Shown here piece by piece: positions 30,761 to 37,609 of a stretch of DNA of 38,085 nt; position 1 is the stretch's first letter; every line of letters begins with the position of its first letter. This DNA is from a virus. Location: the IMG/VR virus record IMGVR_UViG_3300045988_014547. One strand, given 5' to 3'. The notes below the pieces were generated by a model that did no database searches, was not told where the DNA came from, and was given only the letters and a program-made list of their open reading frames with translations. The translations under genes were made by a program, and so were the position numbers.

Positions 30761-30789
30761 AGTATAGCACAGAGTTTTTCGCTTGTCAC
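30761..30789 (-). promoter_or_regulatory. Promoter ~15 nt upstream of the terminator hairpin
   Basis: Minus strand: GTGACA (30789-30784), 17-nt spacer, TATACT (30766-30761). The -35 element overlaps a short inverted repeat GTCAC..GTGAC. Confidence 0.5.
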
Positions 30790-30816
30790 TGACAGAAAAG
30801 TGACACTTTCGCCTGC

Positions 30817-31257
30817 TTAAGTTTCACCCACGCCATATAACGCAATTACGAACCGCCGAAGTGCGCGATCTGCGCGTCGGTAAACGCTGCGCTCGTCTAA
30901 TCCCAGCATTTCCGCTATGCGCGGCGTTCCGCCCGAAATGCGGTGTATGTACATATCAGTTAATAAATCCCGTTCTGCAGCGTCCAGGGCCGCGAGGGAC
31001 GTGTTCACGACATTGCACGCGAGCTTCGCCCCGGCAATCATCCGCTTGATCTCGTCGCGGTGAATGATATTTGACAGCAGCTTGTCCTCCCGGGAGCTGC
31101 CGCCGCCCTGGACGGGCGTAGCGTCCGCCGTGGCGCTTCGGATGTTGGTAGCCTCCAACTCCAGCCGCTGCAGTTCCTCCTGTAGGCTCTGGATTGCAGC
31201 AGCCTTTAGCGGATAATCCCGCAGCTTGTCAATCGCCTTGAATTTCCAGTATTCCAT
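30817..31257 (-). CDS. Putative late-gene regulator (sigma-70 region-4/ArpU-RinA-like HTH)
   Basis: 146 aa. C-terminal ERDLLTDMYIHRISGGTPRIAEMLGLDERSVYRRADRALRRF. It is the last gene before the packaging/late block. Confidence 0.5.
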   Translation of the reverse strand: MEYWKFKAIDKLRDYPLKAAAIQSLQEELQRLELEATNIRSATADATPVQGGGSSREDKLLSNIIHRDEIKRMIAGAKLACNVVNTSLAALDAAERDLLTDMYIHRISGGTPRIAEMLGLDERSVYRRADRALRRFVIALYGVGET

Positions 31258-31266
31258 CTGGCCCTC

Positions 31267-31557
31267 CTATTTTGCGGGCGGCTCGTTCTCCCGCACCGCC
31301 CGGCTGCAATAATCCTCCGGCGTGATCGCGCCGCCGTACTCGTTGCAATAGCAGACGCCGTGTGCGTTCTGGCGGAAATTGGCGCAGTTGCGGCAGCGGA
31401 TGATATATTCCGGCGTCAGCCCTGTATCTTCGTATTCTTTCAGCCGCTCCCAAACCTTCCGCTGGTAGCAGGCACCGTCCTCGCAGAAGCTTCCGCCTGG
31501 TATGTCTGTGCATTGTGCAATGTCGCAGAAGCTTCCTTCAAACGTCAGGCGCTTCAT
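31267..31557 (-). CDS. Cys-rich small protein
   Basis: ATG at 31557. Sequence MKRLTFEGSFCDIAQCTDIPGGSFCEDGACYQRKVWERLKEYEDTGLTPE...CRNCANF...CYC. Confidence 0.5.
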   Translation of the reverse strand: MKRLTFEGSFCDIAQCTDIPGGSFCEDGACYQRKVWERLKEYEDTGLTPEYIIRCRNCANFRQNAHGVCYCNEYGGAITPEDYCSRAVRENEPPAK

Positions 31558-32068
31558 TCCCGTCACCGATCCTTTCAAATTTCATAAAGCACCCCCAAAA
31601 GGTCTGCGATTTCTTTCCGCTATGGTGCCCGAACAACGGCCGCTGGCCTATTGCTTTCCATACTTCGACGGCAGGGATCTGCGCTTCGCTCCATTTGAAG
31701 ATCAATACTCCATCCGGCTTGAGAACGCGCATACACTCCTCGAACCCGGCATGGAGCATTTCCGGCCAATTATCATCAAGCCTGCCATACTTTTTTGCAA
31801 TCCATGCATTCTCTCCGACTTGGCGAAGGTGGGGGGGATCAAACACTACAAGGGCAAACGAATTATCTTCAAACGGAAGGTCCGTAAAATCGCATCGAAC
31901 ATCGGGAGCGATAACGCAAGGCCTCTCGGACTGACCGTTTCCCGATTTCCAAACATCCTTCAGTTCTTCAGCTCGTTTGTCCGTATAAATTGCGGCAGGG
32001 TGATTTTTGTTGAACCACATTGTTCGCGATCCACAAGTTACATCGAGTATCTTTTTATCCATTGCCAT
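31538..32068 (-). CDS. SAM-dependent methyltransferase with DPPH motif (DNA N6-A/N4-C methylase-like)
   Basis: ATG at 32068 or 32062. Contains ILDVTCGSR (motif I-like) and LVVFDPPHL (motif IV-like), then VLKPDGVLIFKW. Confidence 0.7.
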   Translation of the reverse strand: MAMDKKILDVTCGSRTMWFNKNHPAAIYTDKRAEELKDVWKSGNGQSERPCVIAPDVRCDFTDLPFEDNSFALVVFDPPHLRQVGENAWIAKKYGRLDDNWPEMLHAGFEECMRVLKPDGVLIFKWSEAQIPAVEVWKAIGQRPLFGHHSGKKSQTFWGCFMKFERIGDGNEAPDV

Positions 32069-32417
32069 CACCGTCCTTTCCGTCCATCCTCGCGCCGCAA
32101 TCCTCGCAGTATTTTTTAGTAGGCTTGTCCCAACTGCCCTCAGTGGTAATGACAAAGCCGCACACAGGGCAGCACCACTCGTCCCCGCCAAGATGCGCCC
32201 ACCGTCCGCGCCGCACCGGCGCAACGTCGGCGGCGGGAGCATTATCAAAAACAGATGCAACAGCATTGCAGAGTTCCTGCATCTTAAAGCAACGGTTAAT
32301 CTGCCGCTTCCCGTCAGCCGCTGCCATTGCAAGGTTCCATTCGTTGAATGCGTGTTCCGCAAGCGCAACAGCCACCTCCCGGCTTATGTAATCAGCCACG
32401 TTCACCACTCCTTTCAT
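32055..32417 (-). CDS. Hypothetical protein with C-terminal zinc ribbon
   Basis: 120 aa. Contains RGRW....CCPVCG....YCEDCGARMDG. Confidence 0.5.
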   Translation of the reverse strand: MKGVVNVADYISREVAVALAEHAFNEWNLAMAAADGKRQINRCFKMQELCNAVASVFDNAPAADVAPVRRGRWAHLGGDEWCCPVCGFVITTEGSWDKPTKKYCEDCGARMDGKDGDGNG

Positions 32418-33255
32418 ACCAAAATTCGTTAAATTTCTTCCCCGTTATAATTGGCCTGCACCACTCGCGCTGAAATCTTCTCCATTTCGCATCTGTCCGC
32501 CCTTCCTCATTCCGGAAAAGCATTGCATAGGGAATAAAGCCTGCATGCATCGTTTGGCGCATCCGTTTTTCTGCCTCATCGAAGCTATCCTCCTCATAGC
32601 CGCACAGCACATAGCAGCACATTGTATGGCTCGATGGTGCAAAGCCGGCCGTGCGCAGTTTCTTTCCCATCTCTATAAGCGGCTCCAGATCATCCTTCGT
32701 GTCATAAGCCGTATAAAGCCGCTTTGGCTTGAGTTCCCGCAGTAGATTCGCCTGCCATTGTTGGAGTAGCGACGGTTCCAGGCCTCCCGTGAAGATTGCA
32801 GGATGTTCCTGCCGCTTCAGCATCTCGCAGACTGCCCGAAAATGCGATTCGGATGTTCCGAGGATATTATCATCAAGTATATTCCAGCCGTCCACGATCG
32901 GAAGCTCTCGTATCACGCCATGGGCGCAGCGCGGGACTGAGCAAAACCAGCATTCCTTTGTGCAGCCGCGTGACGTGAATATATACCCATCCCGAAGATA
33001 CAGCCCCGGATTAAAATCTCCCATTCGATCATCAAACGCTGGGCCTCCAACCTCAACGGGGACCCCGAGAATTTGCCATGCGTAGTACAGCTCTTCAGCC
33101 CTGTTTATATCCCACGTGAAGGTAACGGAAATATGCACCTCTGTAACGCCTGCCTCAATGCAATCAGAAATATTTTCGATTGTCGGTTCCCGGAAAAAAG
33201 CCATGCCATCCATCGGAGATGCGTTTGTTTTGCGCGGGAAAACTCTAGCAATCAT
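32392..33255 (-). CDS. Radical SAM enzyme (phage family, unknown substrate)
   Basis: ATG at 33255 after GGAGGTG. CX3CX2C cluster motif in TSRGCTKECWFCSVP. 287 aa. Confidence 0.75.
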   Translation of the reverse strand: MIARVFPRKTNASPMDGMAFFREPTIENISDCIEAGVTEVHISVTFTWDINRAEELYYAWQILGVPVEVGGPAFDDRMGDFNPGLYLRDGYIFTSRGCTKECWFCSVPRCAHGVIRELPIVDGWNILDDNILGTSESHFRAVCEMLKRQEHPAIFTGGLEPSLLQQWQANLLRELKPKRLYTAYDTKDDLEPLIEMGKKLRTAGFAPSSHTMCCYVLCGYEEDSFDEAEKRMRQTMHAGFIPYAMLFRNEEGRTDAKWRRFQREWCRPIITGKKFNEFWYERSGERG

Positions 33256-33631
33256 CGCCCACCTCCACTGGCCTTGTCCGACATTCCAGATAATCAACCT
33301 CCAGCAGCAACTGATCCATCCGCAAATCTGTCCGATCCTCCATGTGGTATCTCCACCGTATGAATCGATCAAAGGATGCCAGCGGGTCAGGCCGGATCAA
33401 ATCAAAAATTTCTTTTGCATCTGGAAAATATTTTCCACCGTACGCGCCGACGTACATTTCTGCTGCGCCCATCACTTCCGAGAAACTGTATTTTGCAAAA
33501 AACTTTTGCCATTGCTTCAAAATCGAATTCATCATTCTTTTTTTCTCGGCGGCGGTGCTTTTGCTTTCGAATTTGCGTGGGAAGCATTCTCGCAAATAGC
33601 AAAGCACCTTCCGCGTCTCGTCTGTTGTCAC
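33245..33631 (-). CDS. Hypothetical replication-module protein (weak resemblance to G39P-type helicase loader N-domain)
   Basis: GTG at 33631 has AAAAGGAG 7 nt upstream; an alternative ATG lies at 33652. Sequence TTDETRKVLCYLRECFPRKF...W.KFF.KYSFSEV. The function call is weak. Confidence 0.35.
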   Translation of the reverse strand: MTTDETRKVLCYLRECFPRKFESKSTAAEKKRMMNSILKQWQKFFAKYSFSEVMGAAEMYVGAYGGKYFPDAKEIFDLIRPDPLASFDRFIRWRYHMEDRTDLRMDQLLLEVDYLECRTRPVEVGDDC

Positions 33632-33734
33632 GATATCAGCTCCTTTTTGCATCAGCCCTCTTACGTCTTAGTAAGTCTTACATAGAGCCGCCGAAGTAAG
33701 TATAGAGGGATAAGCTATAATTTTCTGAGCACTA

Positions 33735-33861
33735 AGTACATTTGTACTCTACCTTACACTTGTACTCTTACTTATTCTCTTACTCCTCCTCTCTCTTGTT
33801 GCGGCTATCTTTCCGGTATCTTATCGGTATCTTGCGGCTATCTTTCCGGTATCTTATCGGT
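33735..33861. repeat. Iteron/palindrome block (candidate origin or regulatory region)
   Basis: Palindrome AGTACATTTGTACT (33735-33748). TTGTACTCT occurs twice. A 28-nt direct repeat gcggctatctttccggtatcttatcggt occurs at 33801-33828 and 33834-33861 (33-nt period), with internal CGGTATCTT 9-mers. Confidence 0.6.
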
Positions 33862-34101
33862 TTTTTTTACCGCTCCACCACCGGCTTTCCGCCTGCTGGC
33901 ATCCAGATTCGGCCGCACCAATTCAAACGCCAACGCCACAACATCCGGCAGGCTCTCCAGATCTGGGAGGACGCCATACAGGGCATATTCGATCAGCGCA
34001 TCATAGAATGCGCACCGATCTGTTTTCTTTCGAATGCGGCCACCAGCCCTTGCAAACGATTCGTAAAATGTAAACTGTGATCTTTGCACTTCTTCCGCCA
34101 C
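33838..34101 (-). CDS. DUF6291-like phage protein (replication-associated?)
   Basis: 87 aa. Sequence FTFYESFARAGGRI...RCAFYDALIEYALYGVLPD...ALAFELVRPNLDASRRKAGGG matches the pattern I remember for DUF6291. The stop codon lies inside iteron copy 2. Confidence 0.45.
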   Translation of the reverse strand: MAEEVQRSQFTFYESFARAGGRIRKKTDRCAFYDALIEYALYGVLPDLESLPDVVALAFELVRPNLDASRRKAGGGAVKKTDKIPER

Positions 34102-34105
34102 GCGC

Positions 34106-34288
34106 TCACCCCTCTTCTGCGTATTTGAACGCCTCTCGCAGCGCCTGCCGACCGGCGGGGTACTCGGCCAAATAATGCCGGTGCTGCCGGTTGATGTAGA
34201 CGATGCGGCCCGTCACCATGTTCTCGGTGTCGTCTCTGTTAAAGCACGGCGGAAGGAAACGCACCCGTTCACCTAATTGCACTCTCAC
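34106..34288 (-). CDS. Small hypothetical protein (60 aa, GTG start)
   Basis: GTG at 34288 with AAGGAGGG 7 nt upstream. The track ORF starts earlier without an RBS. Confidence 0.4.
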   Translation of the reverse strand: MRVQLGERVRFLPPCFNRDDTENMVTGRIVYINRQHRHYLAEYPAGRQALREAFKYAEEG

Positions 34289-34508
34289 GGCTTGTCCCTC
34301 CTTCCTCCAGGCGATAGCGCTTAATATGGCACGTCTCGCCGTAGCGGTTCTTGACGCACTCAGTCGCGCCGGTGATCTCATACCCCTGGTTCTTCAGATC
34401 GAAAATTCTAGCCCCCAGCCGATAGCAGCCGTACTCTGTCATGGCCTCGGCCTGGGTGATGCTGCCATAGTCCCGCAAATGGCGGAGGATGCGTTCACAC
34501 TGTGTCAT
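34269..34508 (-). CDS. Winged-helix DNA-binding small protein
   Basis: ATG at 34508 after GGAGGTGA. Sequence MTQCERILRHLRDYGSITQAEAMTEYGCYRLGARIFDLKNQGYEI....NRYGE..HIKRYRL. Confidence 0.55.
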   Translation of the reverse strand: MTQCERILRHLRDYGSITQAEAMTEYGCYRLGARIFDLKNQGYEITGATECVKNRYGETCHIKRYRLEEGGTSRESAIR

Positions 34509-34734
34509 AGTCGTCACCTCCGGAAAGCAGGTCCAGATATTTGTTGATGTACCAGCGGGCCTTTTCAATGTCCTCTGTGCCGCCTTTGTGGTCGGCCCGC
34601 CACAGATACTTGAACGCCGCAATCTTCGCGTATACGGCCACCTGGGCCGCCCCAAAGGCAGATACCATGGCGTCAATACATTCCATGCTGCCGCTCGTGT
34701 AATGTGCCGGATGATTCACAGGATCATTATACAT
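34495..34734 (-). CDS. DUF3310-family protein
   Basis: ATG at 34734. Sequence MYNDPVNHPAHYTSGSMECIDAM......AAFKYLWRADHKGGTEDIEKARWYINKYL. Confidence 0.65.
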   Translation of the reverse strand: MYNDPVNHPAHYTSGSMECIDAMVSAFGAAQVAVYAKIAAFKYLWRADHKGGTEDIEKARWYINKYLDLLSGGDDYDTV

Positions 34735-35083
34735 TTTCTTTTCCCTCCGTTTCCGCACACCGCTGCGCAAGCCGCGCAATTTTGGCATCCGACCAGTGCG
34801 CTACCGCTTCCGCGCAGTCAAACAGCTGCACCATCTGATCTACCGTGATGAGCACGTCCGCGATTTCCTCCGCGATATGATCCGGATCGCCGCCGCCGCG
34901 GAGGTATTTGCAAAGCTCTTTTTGCAGCTCGGAAAGCTCTTCGACGCAGACGGTCGCTTGCATTTTCCCGCCGAATTTCTCCAGCGCAGCGGCGTAGGTT
35001 GGCTGATTGTCCTTCGTCCGCGACGCCCGGCCAAAAGCAAAGCCGTTGCGGAACGCAGTTTCCAGCATATCGTATTGATTCAT
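34727..35083 (-). CDS. MazG-like nucleotide pyrophosphohydrolase
   Basis: 118 aa. Contains EELSELQKELCKYLRG....IAEEIADVLITVDQM, typical of small all-alpha NTP-PPases. Confidence 0.5.
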   Translation of the reverse strand: MNQYDMLETAFRNGFAFGRASRTKDNQPTYAAALEKFGGKMQATVCVEELSELQKELCKYLRGGGDPDHIAEEIADVLITVDQMVQLFDCAEAVAHWSDAKIARLAQRCAETEGKENV

Positions 35084-35436
35084 GGAGTCTCCTTTCCTTT
35101 CAGATCCATCCCGACCTCGTATTCCCGGTAAATTTCCATAAAATCCGGCAGTTCCAGCGTCACCAAAATCTCGTGATTGTTTCGCTTGTGGAATACCGCT
35201 GGAAGCCGTTCAGTGCCCGCACAATCGCGTTTTGCCTGGGCCATCCAATCATAAAGCCGCATCTGTTCGCAGGCCTTTGCTTCGATGTGCAGGCCCGGCA
35301 GACCGACGACGTCGGATGCGTCGCCGGTATTGCCACAATACTGGGCCGTCCGCCGCGCCGGGTAGCCGTACTCCCGCAGCCGGGATGCAAGCTGCCGCTC
35401 AAAGCGGGCCCCTTTTTGTTTGCTGTTGATTGGCAC
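35080..35436 (-). CDS. PD-(D/E)XK Holliday-junction-resolvase-like nuclease
   Basis: Contains KGARFERQLASRLREYGYPARR...SDVVGLPGLHIEAKACEQMRLYDWMAQAKRD. Start is GTG at 35436 (best RBS spacing) or GTG at 35445. Confidence 0.6.
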   Translation of the reverse strand: MPINSKQKGARFERQLASRLREYGYPARRTAQYCGNTGDASDVVGLPGLHIEAKACEQMRLYDWMAQAKRDCAGTERLPAVFHKRNNHEILVTLELPDFMEIYREYEVGMDLKGKETP

Positions 35437-35497
35437 GATCGCCACCCCTTTCCTGTGTGCTGCGCGGCCCTATATGGGCCGCGCAGCAGTATGAATA

Positions 35498-36232
35498 TCA
35501 TAGCATCACTACAACGCTGCCCGCTTCGATTTCAGGTGAAAGCGCTTCGTCCAGGTATGATTTGATACGCTTTCTGGCTTCTAGTTTCCACATTCCGCCA
35601 TCAGCTTCAACAAAACTAATCCCGCGCTCATCAATGCGAATCAGGAAAAGTCCGTCCGGCTGCTCCAGCTCCTGGAAGGTTCGATAAGGACGCAGGGAAA
35701 CAAGCGGTTTTATTGTTGCGTTTTGCTGCAGCGAAACGCCCTTTTGCGTGACAACTGTAGTCGCAACCCCGATATCGTTATAGGTAACTTTCGCTCCGGT
35801 GGTAATCTGACTGAGTAGCTGTAGGGTATAAGCACGGTCGGGGCTATCCTGGAATCTCGTCTGCAACGCCACGGCGGCGCGTTCAAACGAGAGCTTCGTT
35901 TCTTCATCCCACCCGGGGACAGCCGTTGCGTGTACGGAATAAATCACAGGCCGAATTTCGCAGGTCTGCGGCTGCAGGAATGATTCCACCAGCAGGTGGG
36001 ACGGAATATCGATATAAATCGGACCAGCACCGGAATATTTCTTGAGTGCTTCGGTGCGAATCATCTTTACAATCGCATCCAAACTGTTCAACTTCAAAAC
36101 TTCCGGGAGGTCGATTTCCTCGCGGATTTCTGCGAATTCGCCATCCCGATTGATCAGAAAAGAATGGCCATCCTTCTCGTAAACGCTCGGCTCTACCATG
36201 GATTCGATTTTTTCAATTGCACTTTTCAGCAT
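35498..36232 (-). CDS. Conserved-looking early protein, unknown function
   Basis: 244-aa ORF with protein-like composition. No motif recognised with confidence. Confidence 0.5.
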   Translation of the reverse strand: MLKSAIEKIESMVEPSVYEKDGHSFLINRDGEFAEIREEIDLPEVLKLNSLDAIVKMIRTEALKKYSGAGPIYIDIPSHLLVESFLQPQTCEIRPVIYSVHATAVPGWDEETKLSFERAAVALQTRFQDSPDRAYTLQLLSQITTGAKVTYNDIGVATTVVTQKGVSLQQNATIKPLVSLRPYRTFQELEQPDGLFLIRIDERGISFVEADGGMWKLEARKRIKSYLDEALSPEIEAGSVVVML

Positions 36233-36244
36233 TTTTCTTCCTCC

Positions 36245-36616
36245 TTATGCATTTCTTACCATTTTCAAAATCGGCGCGGCTTCCTGCTCTTCGCCGAACA
36301 TATCCTGCTGCCCCGGAACATTGGGCACCATTTCCACGGCTACCACTTCGCCAGTAGCGCCATCTCCAGTGATGTACAGCGATGTAGATACCGGATTCGT
36401 CGGGCAAAGTGCGCTTTTCGCTGTGCAATTTACGAACACGGTCTGCCGATTATCGTCCGGCTGCAGCTCAATCGTCAGTGTCAGCTTGCGCTTTTTCTGC
36501 GTGCTTGTGTTCGGGTCCAGGATGTTGTCAATTACCTTCGCCATCTCATAGTCGATCCGTTCCTGAATCGCACCCCTGGCCATTTGCAAAATACTTGTTT
36601 TCGCTTCTTCGTTCAT
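36245..36616 (-). CDS. Early protein of unknown function (resembles a family sometimes annotated as phage replication terminator protein)
   Basis: 123 aa. Contains ARGAIQERIDYEMAKVIDNILDPNTSTQKKRKLTLTIEL. The family recollection is from memory only. Confidence 0.4.
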   Translation of the reverse strand: MNEEAKTSILQMARGAIQERIDYEMAKVIDNILDPNTSTQKKRKLTLTIELQPDDNRQTVFVNCTAKSALCPTNPVSTSLYITGDGATGEVVAVEMVPNVPGQQDMFGEEQEAAPILKMVRNA

Positions 36617-36632
36617 GTTTTACCTCACTTTC

Positions 36633-37055
36633 TCAAAACGGCAGGCCGTCATCGTCGCATTCCGGCAGTTCTTCCAGCGCCGGGGCCGTGCCATCCTGGG
36701 CCGCCGCCTGCGGAGCCGCGCTGCCGGTTTCTTTCTTGCTGCCGCCAAAATACACGTGCTCCGCGACGACCTCGGTGCTTCGGCGCTTATTCCCGTTGTC
36801 GTCCGTCCATGGCCGGATCTGCAGCCGTCCGGAGACGATTGCCAGCTGTCCCTTGGTAAAATACTTGCTGACAAACTCCGCCGTGCCGCGCCAGGCAACG
36901 ATGTCGACAAAGTCCGTTTCCCGTTCGCCGCCGTCCTTGCTGGTATAATCCCGGTCGACGGCCAGCGCGAAGGACGCAACCGCAGTCCCGTTTGTAGTGT
37001 GCCGAAGCTCCGGGTCTCGCGTCAGGCGGCCTTGAATTGTTATTACGTTTAGCAT
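36633..37055 (-). CDS. ssb: Single-stranded DNA-binding protein
   Basis: 140 aa. OB-fold N-terminus (VITIQGRLTRDPELRHTTNGTAVASFALAV) and an acidic DDDGLPF tail. Confidence 0.92.
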   Translation of the reverse strand: MLNVITIQGRLTRDPELRHTTNGTAVASFALAVDRDYTSKDGGERETDFVDIVAWRGTAEFVSKYFTKGQLAIVSGRLQIRPWTDDNGNKRRSTEVVAEHVYFGGSKKETGSAAPQAAAQDGTAPALEELPECDDDGLPF

Positions 37056-37609
37056 TTTGAAGCCCTCTTTTCCTTGTGTCGCTCTTTCATGTGCATTGAC
37101 ATATGGTCGTGAGCCGTCATAAGGCGGAGATTTTCAATTTGGTTATCATCTCGCACATGATTTATGTGATGAACAACTTCGCCGCTGTTCAAATGCCGAC
37201 CAATTTTGCGCTCCATGACAAGGATATGTTTCATTACATACCCGTCCTTTGTGGCGTTTGGATGATCTGGAACATAGACTTTTATGTAACCATCACCGCG
37301 CTTTTTTTCATGGCCGCCAAATTCGTAATCATCTCTTCTTCGGCGCCCCTTGTTCGCCTTGCCAGACTTTTTCCCTGCCATGCGGGCCGCATCCGATGTT
37401 CCAAGTCTGTGTCCGTTCTCTTTCCATGCCTTGATCTGTTTTTTAGTTGGCGGATAATCATGCGGCGAACGGGCCTTGATCCCAGAAGATTTCATTCTCA
37501 TACAGACGGCTGCGGGTGTACATCCAAGCACTGCGGCAATTTCTTTCCCTGACATATGCTGTGTCCAGTACATATCCATCAGCTCATAGTCGCTGATCTG
37601 ATTAAGCAT
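37049..37609 (-). CDS. HNH homing endonuclease with N-terminal HTH
   Basis: 186 aa. Contains VVHHINHVRDDNQIENLRLMTAHDHMSMH. Overlaps both neighbouring genes. Confidence 0.8.
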   Translation of the reverse strand: MLNQISDYELMDMYWTQHMSGKEIAAVLGCTPAAVCMRMKSSGIKARSPHDYPPTKKQIKAWKENGHRLGTSDAARMAGKKSGKANKGRRRRDDYEFGGHEKKRGDGYIKVYVPDHPNATKDGYVMKHILVMERKIGRHLNSGEVVHHINHVRDDNQIENLRLMTAHDHMSMHMKERHKEKRASKC

